A stretch of 43,439 nucleotides of DNA from an uncultured Clostridia bacterium (GCA_944393365.1 CALXZZ010000002.1:1-43439), one strand, 5' to 3'. Shown: positions 1-9,030, numbered from the stretch's first letter. Translations and numbers: made by a program. Notes: generated by a model not told the origin, from the letters alone.

Positions 1-56
1 CCTACCTTTGTATATTCAATTCCATATTTATTTTTTCTTAATTCTTTATTTTCCAT
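1..56 (-). CDS. 5' end of an unidentified protein-coding gene that runs off the left edge of the window
   Basis: ATG at 56 (minus strand) is preceded by GGAGGA (64-69) with 7-nt spacing. It reads MENKELRKNKYGIEYTKV... to the window edge. Too short to assign a family. Confidence 0.35.
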   Translation of the reverse strand, partial: MENKELRKNKYGIEYTKV

Positions 57-183
57 TTTCAAATCCTCCAATTTCTAATTTATAATTTGAAATTTTACTA
101 TTTTTATAAAATCAAAAAAAGATGAACTTGTATTATTATTTTTTACAATTCATCTTTTAAATATGTGAAAATTTTATAATTTA

Positions 184-369
184 CTAAATTGTTTGTAGGA
201 GGAAACCTTTGCTATTACTGAATTTCAACTTTTCGTCATAAGAGAATAAAATTGTTATTACTAACGCAATTAATGTGATTCCTTTTATCCCTTTTCTTTT
301 CTCTTCTATTTGTTTTAAATTTTTTAATTCTCTTTTTTCTTGTTCCTTAATTTCTTTTACTTTTTTCAT
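184..369 (-). CDS. Small Lys/Glu-rich protein with a short pilin-like hydrophobic motif (KGIKGITLIALVITI); possibly a gene remnant
   Basis: The ORF-track ORF is 184..402. I prefer the internal ATG at 369 because GGAGG (380-384) lies 10 nt upstream. The hydrophobic stretch is only ~13 residues and then breaks off, so a real product is uncertain. Confidence 0.3.
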   Translation of the reverse strand: MKKVKEIKEQEKRELKNLKQIEEKRKGIKGITLIALVITILFSYDEKLKFSNSKGFLLQTI

Positions 370-629
370 TTTAAGGTTTCCTCCATTTTCTTTAATTATC
401 ATCTGTTTAGTATTACCATTTTTCTTTTATGTATTCTTTGCATACATATTTTACTATAACTTTTTATGTTTGAAAATGAAGTTAAAACCACAAAATGCGG
501 TTTATTTCCACATTTTTTTAAATACATATTACTTTTTTTATTCTCTTTTTGTTAAATTAACAAAAAAGTATACTTCAATAAAATGTAATTATTAAATTAC
601 AGAATTTTCACCAAATTTTCACATAATTA

Positions 630-658
630 TTGTATAAAAAAAATTAATATGTTATCAT
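630..658 (+). promoter_or_regulatory. Candidate sigma-A-type promoter for lemA-htpX
   Basis: TTGTAT (630-635), a 17-nt spacer, then TATCAT (653-658) with TG two nt upstream (extended -10). It lies ~45 nt upstream of the lemA ATG. Confidence 0.35.
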
Positions 659-704
659 AATTTTGTATATAATAATAAATATAGAATAGATTGGAGGAAA
701 AAAC

Positions 705-1256
705 ATGATTGGTTGGATAATATTAGCCATTGTAGTTATTCTAGTTATCGCAGTAATTGGAATGTATAACAGTTTAGTTCAAGCAAGAATTAAAGTAGAC
801 AATGCTTGGAGTCAAATTGATGTACAATTACAAAGAAGATTTGATTTAATACCAAATTTTGTTGAAACAGTAAAAGGCTACATGACACATGAAAAAGAAA
901 CATTCGAAAAAATTACAAATTTAAGAAGTTCTTGGTCAGAAACACAAACTGTAGCTGAAAAAGCTAATTTGGATAACGAATTATCAACTGCTTTAAAAAC
1001 AATAATGGCAGTTGCTGAAAACTATCCAGATTTAAAAGCTAATCAAAACTTCTCAGAACTATCAGAAGAATTAAGAAATACAGAGAATAAAATATCTTTC
1101 TCAAGACAATTTTACAATGATACTGTAACAATGTATAACACAAAATTAGAAGTTTTCCCTTCTAATGTAATCGCAAACATATTCAAATTTAAAGCTCGTG
1201 AATTATTTACAACAGAGAACGATGAAGCTAGAAAAAATGTAAAAGTAAGTTTTTAG
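705..1256 (+). CDS. lemA: LemA family membrane protein
   Basis: GGAGGA RBS upstream of the ATG. There is an N-terminal TM helix followed by YNSLVQARIKVDNAWSQIDVQLQRRFDLIPNFVETVKGY and SRQFYNDTVTMYNTKLEVFPSNV, both typical of LemA proteins. It precedes htpX, a common pairing. Confidence 0.9.
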   Translation: MIGWIILAIVVILVIAVIGMYNSLVQARIKVDNAWSQIDVQLQRRFDLIPNFVETVKGYMTHEKETFEKITNLRSSWSETQTVAEKANLDNELSTALKTIMAVAENYPDLKANQNFSELSEELRNTENKISFSRQFYNDTVTMYNTKLEVFPSNVIANIFKFKARELFTTENDEARKNVKVSF

Positions 1257-1268
1257 AAAAAGGGATTA

Positions 1269-1317
1269 GGGGACGGTCCTGAAAATCCCTGCTTTTAGGG
1301 ATTTAGGGACGGACCTT
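1269..1317 (+). repeat. Diverged copy of the 'GGGAC' 3'-end-associated repeat element
   Basis: It starts GGGGACGG and ends GGGACGGACCTT, matching the termini of the copies at 2358-2404, 2431-2476 and 9470-9516. It begins 13 nt after the lemA stop codon, in the same orientation as lemA. Confidence 0.5.
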
Positions 1318-1451
1318 CAAACAGAAGAGGGACATTCTTTATATAAAGATGTCTCTTATTTAATAAGAAAGGAGAATTTCGTATAATAAACTTATCATAT
1401 ATTATTACTATTTATCCTTAAAAACTATTTATACGAAAAAAATAATATCAT

Positions 1452-2354
1452 ATGTTTAAAAGTATAAAAAAGAATAAAATTGAATCTGGAATAATCATAG
1501 CAATCTTCATAATTGTAATAACATTAATTGTATATTATATTTGTCATGCATTAAGATTAGGAAGTTTATCAATTGTAATTGCTTTAGTATTCTCAATTGC
1601 AACAGCTTGGGGATCATATTACTACAGTGATAAAATTGTACTTTCAGTTAATAGGGCTAGACCAGCAACTAAAGAAGAAGATTTAAAATTGGTAAATATT
1701 CTTGATTCTTTAATGGTAGCATCTGGTTTAGAATACAAACCTAGATTGTATGTAGTTGATGATCCTCAACCAAATGCCTTTGCGACTGGTAGAAATCCTA
1801 AAAATGCAGTAGTTTGTGTCACAACTGGTTTATTAGAAAAATTAGATTACTATGAGTTAGAAGGTGTTGTTGCTCATGAGTTAAGCCATATCAAAAATCA
1901 TGATATTCTTTTAAGTTGTGTAGTTTCTGTTATGGTAGGATTTATTGTAATGTTAGCAGATTTATTCTCTAGATTTTTATTCTGGGGAGGAATAGGAGAT
2001 AGAGATAGTGATAATAAGGGAAATGGTATTTTAATGTTAATTGGACTTATTTTCTTGATTTTATCACCTATATTTGGCTCTCTAATGCAACTTGCTTTAT
2101 CTAGAAAAAGAGAATTTCTAGCTGATAGCACAGCAGTTGAATTTACTAGAAATCCAGAAGGATTAATTTCTGCTCTGCAAAAACTTGACGCAGATGAAAA
2201 TCAATTACAAACTGCAAATAGTGCAACTGCTAATATGTATATTGTAAATCCATTTAAGAAAAATACTAAAGAAGGCAAGAAAAAATCTTCTAGCATTTGG
2301 TCTACTCACCCAAGTATAGAAGATAGAATTGAAGCCTTAAGAAATTTGAATTAA
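1452..2354 (+). CDS. htpX: HtpX-like M48 family zinc metalloprotease
   Basis: Two N-terminal TM helices, an HELSHIKNHD zinc site (HExxH), a second TM pair, and an REFLADSTAVEFT region. No clear Shine-Dalgarno sequence precedes the ATG at 1452. Confidence 0.88.
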   Translation: MFKSIKKNKIESGIIIAIFIIVITLIVYYICHALRLGSLSIVIALVFSIATAWGSYYYSDKIVLSVNRARPATKEEDLKLVNILDSLMVASGLEYKPRLYVVDDPQPNAFATGRNPKNAVVCVTTGLLEKLDYYELEGVVAHELSHIKNHDILLSCVVSVMVGFIVMLADLFSRFLFWGGIGDRDSDNKGNGILMLIGLIFLILSPIFGSLMQLALSRKREFLADSTAVEFTRNPEGLISALQKLDADENQLQTANSATANMYIVNPFKKNTKEGKKKSSSIWSTHPSIEDRIEALRNLN

Positions 2355-2357
2355 TTA

Positions 2358-2404
2358 GGGACGTGCCAAATCGTTTCAAAATGATATCAAAAGGGACAGA
2401 CCTT
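2358..2404 (+). repeat. 'GGGAC' repeat element, copy in + orientation
   Basis: GGGACGTGCCAAATCGTTTCAAAATGATATCAAAAGGGACAGACCTT. It begins 3 nt after the htpX stop codon and is nearly identical to the reverse complement of 9470-9516. Confidence 0.7.
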
Positions 2405-2446
2405 TTAAACGTTAATTTACATTAACACTTAGGTCTGTCCCTTTTG
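2388..2446. terminator. Bidirectional terminator-like hairpin between convergent htpX and tatD, built from two inverted 'GGGAC' elements
   Basis: Perfect 16-bp inverted repeat: CAAAAGGGACAGACCT (2388-2403) and AGGTCTGTCCCTTTTG (2431-2446). The loop is 27 nt and the flanks are T-rich. Confidence 0.5.
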
Positions 2447-2476
2447 TGCATTTTTTGCTCATTTTGGCATGTCCCC
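2431..2476 (-). repeat. 'GGGAC' repeat element, copy in - orientation, overlapping the tatD 3' end
   Basis: The reverse complement reads GGGGACATGCCAAAATGAGCAAAAAATGCACAAAAGGGACAGACCT. The first 18 nt encode the last five tatD codons (G-D-M-P-K) plus the TGA stop. Confidence 0.7.
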
Positions 2477-3250
2477 AAATAACGAAATTGCATTTTCATA
2501 CGTTATTTTTGCCACTTCATCTAGTGGCATTTTTTTAACTTCTGCTATTTTTTGCGCCATAAATTTTACGTTTCTAGAATCATTTCTTTTTCCTCTTAAT
2601 GGTTCTGGTGAAAGGTATGGGCTATCTGTTTCTATTAGCATTCTATTATTTGGTACCATTTCTATTATTTCAGATGCATTTTTTGAATTTTTAAAAGTTA
2701 TTGGTCCTGCAAATGATATATAAAATCCTAATTTTAATGCTTCTTTTACAAGTTCCCTATTTAAAGGGCAACAATGTAACACACCTTTTTTTAACACTTC
2801 ATTTTCTTTTAATATTTGAAGTGTATCCATTACCGCTTCTCTTGTATGAATTACTATTGGCAATTGCAATTCATTTGCTAATTCAATTTGCTTAATAAAT
2901 GCTTTTCGTTGTAATTCTCTTCTGTCAATATCCTTTTCCCAATAATAATCTAAACCTATCTCACCAATCGCAACAACCTTTGAATTATCTATTACAATCT
3001 GCTTTATTTCACTTATATTTTTCCACAATTCTTCTTCAGTTTGTGGAATATCATTTGGTGAGATACCACAAGTTGCATAAATAAAATCATATTTTTTTGA
3101 TAATTCTACTGCTTTTTTTGAGCCTTCTAAACTATATCCTGCACTGATTAATCTTGTAACTCCACTATTTTTTATTTTTTCTATGATTTCTTCTCTATCT
3201 TCATCAAATCTTTCGTCATCTAAATGTGCATGACTATCAAAAAATTCCAT
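2459..3250 (-). CDS. tatD: TatD family metal-dependent hydrolase (DNase)
   Basis: MEFFDSHAHLDDERF, GEIGLDYYW, VIHTREA, HCC and ETDSPYL motifs. I place the start at ATG 3250 (RBS tagGGGGaaat) rather than the ORF-track start at 3268. Confidence 0.9.
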   Translation of the reverse strand: MEFFDSHAHLDDERFDEDREEIIEKIKNSGVTRLISAGYSLEGSKKAVELSKKYDFIYATCGISPNDIPQTEEELWKNISEIKQIVIDNSKVVAIGEIGLDYYWEKDIDRRELQRKAFIKQIELANELQLPIVIHTREAVMDTLQILKENEVLKKGVLHCCPLNRELVKEALKLGFYISFAGPITFKNSKNASEIIEMVPNNRMLIETDSPYLSPEPLRGKRNDSRNVKFMAQKIAEVKKMPLDEVAKITYENAISLFGDMPK

Positions 3251-3277
3251 ATTTCCCCCTAAAAGCATAAATTGTAA

Positions 3278-3646
3278 TTATTTTTCAACAAGCATTACTA
3301 CCATTGCTACAGCATACTCCTTACAATGCGAAATACTAATATCTATATTTTCTTTTTGAACTCCCTTAATTTTAACTTGTGGTCTTCCCTGTTCATCATT
3401 AAAAATCTCCATGTCTTTCCAACCTATTTCATACTTATCATTCAATTCTTTTGAAATTGCTTTAAATATTGCCTCTTTTGCAGCAAATCTAGCAGCGTAA
3501 TGCTGATATTTTTGACTTTTCTTGCTTTCACAATATTCAATTTCTTTTTGTGTATAAATTCTATTTAAAAATTTTTCTCCTAAATCTTCTATACTTTCTT
3601 TTATTCTTCCTATTTCAATTATATCTGTTCCACAAGATATCTGCAT
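3278..3646 (-). CDS. acpS: Holo-[acyl-carrier-protein] synthase (4'-phosphopantetheinyl transferase)
   Basis: 122 aa with GTDIIEIGRI, FAAKEAIFKA and ISISH motifs. An AGAGGAG RBS lies upstream of the ATG. Confidence 0.9.
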   Translation of the reverse strand: MQISCGTDIIEIGRIKESIEDLGEKFLNRIYTQKEIEYCESKKSQKYQHYAARFAAKEAIFKAISKELNDKYEIGWKDMEIFNDEQGRPQVKIKGVQKENIDISISHCKEYAVAMVVMLVEK

Positions 3647-3663
3647 TTTTTACTCCTCTTTCA

Positions 3664-3692
3664 GAAAAAGTTTCATCTTAATGAAACTTTTC
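3664..3692 (-). terminator. Hairpin between the 3731-4966 gene and acpS (weak terminator or attenuator)
   Basis: GAAAAAGTTTCAT (3664-3676) pairs with ATGAAACTTTTC (3681-3692) around a 4-nt loop. On the - strand the T-run is largely part of the stem, so termination strength is unclear. Confidence 0.4.
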
Positions 3693-3730
3693 TTTTATTT
3701 TATATTAAAATTTGTTATTTCAAATTACTA

Positions 3731-4966
3731 TTACTTATTATTTGTTAAAGCAATAAAGTTCAAAATATTAAGTATTAATGAAATGACCAATATTACAGAA
3801 ATTATTATTAATGAATTTCTATTTCTTTCGATATTTAACTCTTTATATAATACATCATATTTGTTTTTTACTTCTCCATATAGTTCTTCTAGTTCAAATA
3901 CTTCTTGTAATTTGTGATTTAATAATGTACCTGTTTCATCATCTGTTATTTCTTGTATCCACATTTTTTTAGTAAAGTCTATAAATTTTCTTCTTGCTTT
4001 TTTAATATTCTTTCCATTTTTAAATTCATTTTCAAGTTTCTTTAAATATATCTTTTTATATAAATTAATAATATATGTATAAAAATATTGATTTTCATAT
4101 TCTTCTGGAAGAATAGTATAATTATTCATATCACTTGTTGAAGAAAACAATGTCATACCTAACTTAGTTAATCCTAACTTTGCATACTTCCATTTTGAAA
4201 AAATTTCTACTTTATCACTATCTAGCTCTCTACTATTGTCTGCTGGCAAAATATTTGCGTATTTATTAAAATAATATTGAATATTTTCAAATTGTGTCGT
4301 AGAATTCCATGCTTCTTGATCTATACAAACATATGAATATGTTAAAAATCTCTCTGTATCTATATTTAATTTTAATGCTTCAGACTTTCCTCCTGTAATT
4401 TTTCTTACAAAATCTCTAAAATTTTGTGCAGTTGCAAAACTATCTGTTTGTATTGAAATATTATCGTAATTTTCTAGGTCAGATAATTCATTATTAATAT
4501 TTTTAAATTTGTAATTAAAATTTAATATATTCGAAAATTTTTCATATTCATCTAAAGTTGTTTTTATTGCCAAAAAAGCTATCCCAGTTTGAAAACATAT
4601 AACTTCAATTTTTTGTATTTTGAAAAATATTCCTGATTTGTCTTGCACTTTAGCTTGAATATCCTTTTTCAAATGATATTCAAATATATTACATTGAAAT
4701 TTAGCCAGAAGTGCTGCTCTTGTTTCAATTGGTAATTCTTCTAATTGCTTTATTTTTTCATTTCCCATACTAAAACTTGAAAATAGAAATTCTCTCGTTT
4801 TAGGCAAAAAGTATTTATACATTTTAAAGTCTTTTTCTTTTTGAAATATTTTTAATTTACAATTTTCGTCTTTTAACATTTTTAAAATGTATTTTTGATA
4901 TTGCCCATTTTTTATTATAAATGGATGAATAAAATATGTATATTGGTAGTTCGTCTTTAGTTCCAC
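3731..4966 (-). CDS. Hypothetical protein with a single C-terminal TM helix
   Basis: Long intact ORF. The C-terminus SLIIISVILVISLILNILNFIALT is hydrophobic. I recognised no family motif. The start is ambiguous: GTG at 4975 (ORF track) or GTG at 4966, which has AAGGTGA 5 nt upstream. Confidence 0.6.
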   Translation of the reverse strand: MELKTNYQYTYFIHPFIIKNGQYQKYILKMLKDENCKLKIFQKEKDFKMYKYFLPKTREFLFSSFSMGNEKIKQLEELPIETRAALLAKFQCNIFEYHLKKDIQAKVQDKSGIFFKIQKIEVICFQTGIAFLAIKTTLDEYEKFSNILNFNYKFKNINNELSDLENYDNISIQTDSFATAQNFRDFVRKITGGKSEALKLNIDTERFLTYSYVCIDQEAWNSTTQFENIQYYFNKYANILPADNSRELDSDKVEIFSKWKYAKLGLTKLGMTLFSSTSDMNNYTILPEEYENQYFYTYIINLYKKIYLKKLENEFKNGKNIKKARRKFIDFTKKMWIQEITDDETGTLLNHKLQEVFELEELYGEVKNKYDVLYKELNIERNRNSLIIISVILVISLILNILNFIALTNNK

Positions 4967-5051
4967 AATTATCACCTTCTCTTTTGCTTTTATTATTGTA
5001 ATTATTATCCATAATTTACTAAGTTGGAAAAGAATTGTAATTATTTTTCAA

Positions 5052-6572
5052 CTATAATTGGTTGTAGTAATTCATATTAACATCTTTTCCATAATGCCAT
5101 CTTCCTATAAAATCAATTGTTAAATAATCATCTAAATTATAAGTAGGCTCTTGAATTACTGTACCTTTATCATCAATACTGCCCCATATTCCATCTTTCT
5201 TTACTGCTGCATATCCAAAATTATTTTGTGAAGTTGCATCATCATAAATATAATCTACAACAACATTTCCAGATTTATCAACAAAACCATATTTTCCATC
5301 TTTTTTGCTTAAAAATAATGTACGATTTGGAAATATTTCTGATTCTTGTTTTTCATTAAAAGAAAAATCATAGTATTTATTTTCATCATCTTGTCTTATT
5401 TGAAGATATCCTTCATCTTCGTTTATATCAATTAAAATACCTGTTTGTTTTACTTCAAAATTCCCATTAATTATTGAATTATTAAAGTTTTCATCTTCCC
5501 CTACATATAAATCTGCTTTTTCATAATAATTTAGACTTTGATATGTAAATCCTAATTTTTCAGCTCCTGTCAAATCTATTATGCCATATTTTCCACCTTG
5601 CTCGGCAATAAATATTCCTGTTTTTGCTTCTTTTAAATCATCATATGTTGGATTTAACGTAACTTCTCCTGACATATTCATAATTCCATATTTTTCGCCT
5701 TGCTTAAATATTACACCATTTTCTTCATTTTTTAATATCCCTGTAATTTCATCAAATCCAGTTGTTAAAACATCTGCGCCATCTTTTCCTATTAACTTTT
5801 CTGCTTCTCCCTGTTTTACAACATAATAATTAGTTGTATAAACATCCTTTATTTCATCATAATTAGGTTCTAAAATTACTTGATTACTATTACTTATGAT
5901 TCCATATTTTCCTTCTTCATTTTGAACTAGGTAGTTTGTTGTGTCATCAGCTTTTAATGTTCTAATATCAGCATATTGTATTGGTATTAATTCTTTTCCT
6001 TTAACATCTACAAGTCCATATTTTCCATCTTTTTGTACTTTTATTACGTCTTGTTTTCCTTCCAAAGTTGAAATCAAATCATATTGACAAGGTTGCAATT
6101 CATTTCCGTCTAAATCAATAAGTCCATATTTTCCATCTTTTTGCACCTTTAAAGCAGTGCTTATATAACTTACTTGCCCATTTTTATCAACTACTTGTAA
6201 TGATTCTACTTGATTATATTGTGTAAATATCTCTTCGTTCTTACTATTTAGAGCTTTTGTACTATATGCTCCTGTTTCATAATTCACATCAAAAGTGCAT
6301 AAAAATACGTCTTTTTTGCTATTTGGAACTACCATCATTTCTTGGTATGATGGATCTATAACAACTGCTCCTGTTGAATCGATAATCCCCCATTTGTTAT
6401 TTTGAAATGCTGCAAAGTAGTCCTTGCTTGTTATTCTTGTTTGCTCTCCATCTCTTGCAAATAGTCCTCTTATCATGAATATGAACATTATTAATACTAC
6501 AAATGCTATTATTACTGCAAAAACTTTTTTTAAATTTAGTTTTGGTTCTTCGTATCTCTTTCCTCTACTCAA
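5052..6572 (-). CDS. WG-repeat (KWG-type beta-propeller-like repeat) protein with an N-terminal membrane anchor
   Basis: TTG start with AGGAGG 6 nt upstream. An N-terminal TM helix is followed by at least 8 repeats of the type GKYG[LIF][IV]D..G..[VIL]..P.Y[DQ], for example GKYGLIDLDGNELQPCQYD and GKYGLVDVKGKELIPIQYA. Confidence 0.8.
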   Translation of the reverse strand: MSRGKRYEEPKLNLKKVFAVIIAFVVLIMFIFMIRGLFARDGEQTRITSKDYFAAFQNNKWGIIDSTGAVVIDPSYQEMMVVPNSKKDVFLCTFDVNYETGAYSTKALNSKNEEIFTQYNQVESLQVVDKNGQVSYISTALKVQKDGKYGLIDLDGNELQPCQYDLISTLEGKQDVIKVQKDGKYGLVDVKGKELIPIQYADIRTLKADDTTNYLVQNEEGKYGIISNSNQVILEPNYDEIKDVYTTNYYVVKQGEAEKLIGKDGADVLTTGFDEITGILKNEENGVIFKQGEKYGIMNMSGEVTLNPTYDDLKEAKTGIFIAEQGGKYGIIDLTGAEKLGFTYQSLNYYEKADLYVGEDENFNNSIINGNFEVKQTGILIDINEDEGYLQIRQDDENKYYDFSFNEKQESEIFPNRTLFLSKKDGKYGFVDKSGNVVVDYIYDDATSQNNFGYAAVKKDGIWGSIDDKGTVIQEPTYNLDDYLTIDFIGRWHYGKDVNMNYYNQL

Positions 6573-6582
6573 AATTGTCCTC

Positions 6583-9030
6583 CTAATCCCTCTTTTTGAA
6601 TTTGCATACTATTATGCTCATGTCGTCTTTTATTACTCCAAAGTTGTTGTCTATTGCTTCATTTAATATTAAGTCCACTATTTTTCCTGTGTTTGTTGTT
6701 TCTATGTCTTCTAATAAGTATTTTAACCATAGGTCTTTATTTTTGTATTCTATGTTTGCGTCTAATACTCCATCTGTACACATTAATAGAATATCACCTG
6801 AATTTATGTCATAGTCAAATGTTTGTATGTTTCCTTTTTCTATTATTCCTGTTGGTAATGAGTTTGCTTTTATTATTTGTACTCTTTTATTGTTTTTTAT
6901 GTATGTTGGACATGCCCCACTCTTGATAAATTCTATAATTCCTTTATATAAGTCCACAATTGCTATGTCTAATGTTGCAAATACTTCATTGTCCTGATTT
7001 ATTAATGATGAGTTTATTAAGTCTAAGGATGTTTTTTTGTCAAATCCTGATAATAGTAAGTTTTCTAACATTTTTAATGCTTGTGTACTACTTTTTTTAG
7101 CTTGATTTCCTGTTCCCATTCCATCACTTATTGCGACAAGGTATTTTCCATCTTTTAGTCTTATATTTAATATGCTATCTCCTGATACCTCACTTTTTGA
7201 TTTTGTTGCCATACTATTTCCAATTGCCATTTCAAATTTGTCATCTGATAAAAATGTGTATTTTGTTCCAACACTTGTTTCATCATTTAATACTATTTTT
7301 TCTCCTAAACTCTTTGTTAATAGCTTTTCAATTAGTTCTATCTTAGCTGTTTCTAATATCTCTTTTGCGTATATTGTAACAAAAAATCTATCTTGTTTTT
7401 GTATTAATATTTCTTCTACTTGTATATCTTTTTGTTTTAAAAGTTCTGTGATTTCTATTGTTTCTTTTTGATAATTTTCATTTTTTCCGCTTGCTTCTTC
7501 TTGTATTTCTTGTTTCATTCCTTTTGCCATTTTTTCAATAGCTTTTGACATCGCTGTTAATTGGTTTCCTATATTTTTTTGATTTTGTTCTATCTTTTTT
7601 CTCCATATAAAATCATTTTTGCTAACTTTATATGAAATGTTTATTAATGTAATCATTTGAGAGATATTATCTTCTAAATATTGACTAACTTCTTTATCAT
7701 CAAATCCTACAACATAGCTATTACAATCTGCAAATATTTGTAACAATGCTTTTCTGTCTATTTCTTGTTTATCTAATAAATATTCAAAAATCTTTCTTGT
7801 AATTTCACTTTCTGGATTTGCTATGTCATCATATAGCATATTATCTTTATATGGCTCTAAATTATTTAATAATTCAGTCATAAATATTTCTTTATTTTTT
7901 TCGTTTATTTCTATATCACTTGCATCCTCAATGTTTCCTCTATAAGATGTTGCCATTTCTTTTATTGCATCTGATACATGTGTTAAGTTTTCTGCAACTT
8001 CTTTACTTTTATTTAATGCTCCATTTGGTGTAACTGGTAAAAATTTTGAATTTCCTATAAATTCTTCTAAATCTATTTGGAAATTTTTTGGTAATAAAAG
8101 TAATCCTATTGATGCCACTAATATTTCTTTAAAGTATATTAGTTCTACAGTATATCCATTTGAAACATAGGCAAGTAGCACATTTCCTAATGCAAATCCT
8201 ATTATTACTCCAATTTTCCCTAGTTTATTGAATATTCCTGCAAGCATACCTGATATTGCATATGCTGCTATCATAATTGGCTCTGAACCTGTTATTACTC
8301 CTAAAGTAACTCCTATTGTTACTCCAGAGGTTGTCCCAACTAGTATTCCATTTTTCCATCCTAATGCCATTACTATAAATATGCTTAATATATTTCTAAT
8401 ATTAAATCCTACTATGTTAAAATCTCCAAATGCTCCTACGGAAATCGCAAGTAACAGACTTGCTCCCATTAATTCTTCGATTGAAAATGCTCTTTTTTGT
8501 CTAAAGTTTTGCAATACAACAATAGAATTTACAAATATCTTGTAAAATACCATTGCAATTATTGATACTGTAATTCCTGATAATATATCATAAAGTGTAA
8601 ATCCTGAAATTGCATATTTTGCAATTTGTATTATGATTGTTGCTAAAAATATATTTTTTCCTATTCTTATTTTTTCATTTCTTTCATTTTCATTATATCT
8701 TGGTTTAAATATGAAAAAAGATACTACTAAAACTAATGTTGTTAAAAAGTATTCTAATGCCCCTCCTACTCCAAATTTAATACCATTTCCTACTAATGAA
8801 ATAAGTACAATTCCAAGTACAGGAACAGATGAACCTAGACAAGCACCTAATAAACTAATGCTAAATACTGAAAAATCCCATCCTATACTTACTAATGATA
8901 CTAATAATGATACTATATATATTAATATATTTTTCTTTGTAAATACATTTGAAAAAATATTTACTCCACTTTTTACTTCCTTTTTTCCTTCATTTACATT
9001 TATTGCATTTCCATCCATATTTTGAAACAT
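6583..9030 (-). CDS. spoIIE: Stage II sporulation protein E (membrane-bound PP2C-type phosphatase)
   Basis: About 10 N-terminal TM segments and a long central region. The C-terminal PP2C-like domain contains GDSILNIRLKDGKYLVAISDGMGTG, ATLDIAIVDL, LLMCTDGV and DDMSIIV. I prefer ATG 9030 (GAGGTGG 5 nt upstream) to the ORF-track GTG at 9039. Confidence 0.9.
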   Translation of the reverse strand: MFQNMDGNAINVNEGKKEVKSGVNIFSNVFTKKNILIYIVSLLVSLVSIGWDFSVFSISLLGACLGSSVPVLGIVLISLVGNGIKFGVGGALEYFLTTLVLVVSFFIFKPRYNENERNEKIRIGKNIFLATIIIQIAKYAISGFTLYDILSGITVSIIAMVFYKIFVNSIVVLQNFRQKRAFSIEELMGASLLLAISVGAFGDFNIVGFNIRNILSIFIVMALGWKNGILVGTTSGVTIGVTLGVITGSEPIMIAAYAISGMLAGIFNKLGKIGVIIGFALGNVLLAYVSNGYTVELIYFKEILVASIGLLLLPKNFQIDLEEFIGNSKFLPVTPNGALNKSKEVAENLTHVSDAIKEMATSYRGNIEDASDIEINEKNKEIFMTELLNNLEPYKDNMLYDDIANPESEITRKIFEYLLDKQEIDRKALLQIFADCNSYVVGFDDKEVSQYLEDNISQMITLINISYKVSKNDFIWRKKIEQNQKNIGNQLTAMSKAIEKMAKGMKQEIQEEASGKNENYQKETIEITELLKQKDIQVEEILIQKQDRFFVTIYAKEILETAKIELIEKLLTKSLGEKIVLNDETSVGTKYTFLSDDKFEMAIGNSMATKSKSEVSGDSILNIRLKDGKYLVAISDGMGTGNQAKKSSTQALKMLENLLLSGFDKKTSLDLINSSLINQDNEVFATLDIAIVDLYKGIIEFIKSGACPTYIKNNKRVQIIKANSLPTGIIEKGNIQTFDYDINSGDILLMCTDGVLDANIEYKNKDLWLKYLLEDIETTNTGKIVDLILNEAIDNNFGVIKDDMSIIVCKFKKRD

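Noticed and set aside
275-595. A 106-aa + strand ORF rich in Phe, Leu and Ile.
   Set aside because: Low-complexity sequence that partly overlaps the 184-369 ORF in antisense. It has no RBS and looks like a by-product of T-rich intergenic DNA.
3731-4966. The 411-414-aa protein as a CorA-like or other known transporter or sporulation protein.
   Set aside because: It has only one C-terminal TM helix, no GMN or other signature motif, and nothing I can match by eye. It is left as hypothetical.
8228-9025. Two + strand ORFs (8228-8545 and 8633-9025) inside spoIIE.
   Set aside because: They lie antisense to the well-supported spoIIE membrane domain. Their hydrophobic composition simply mirrors the TM-rich sense strand.
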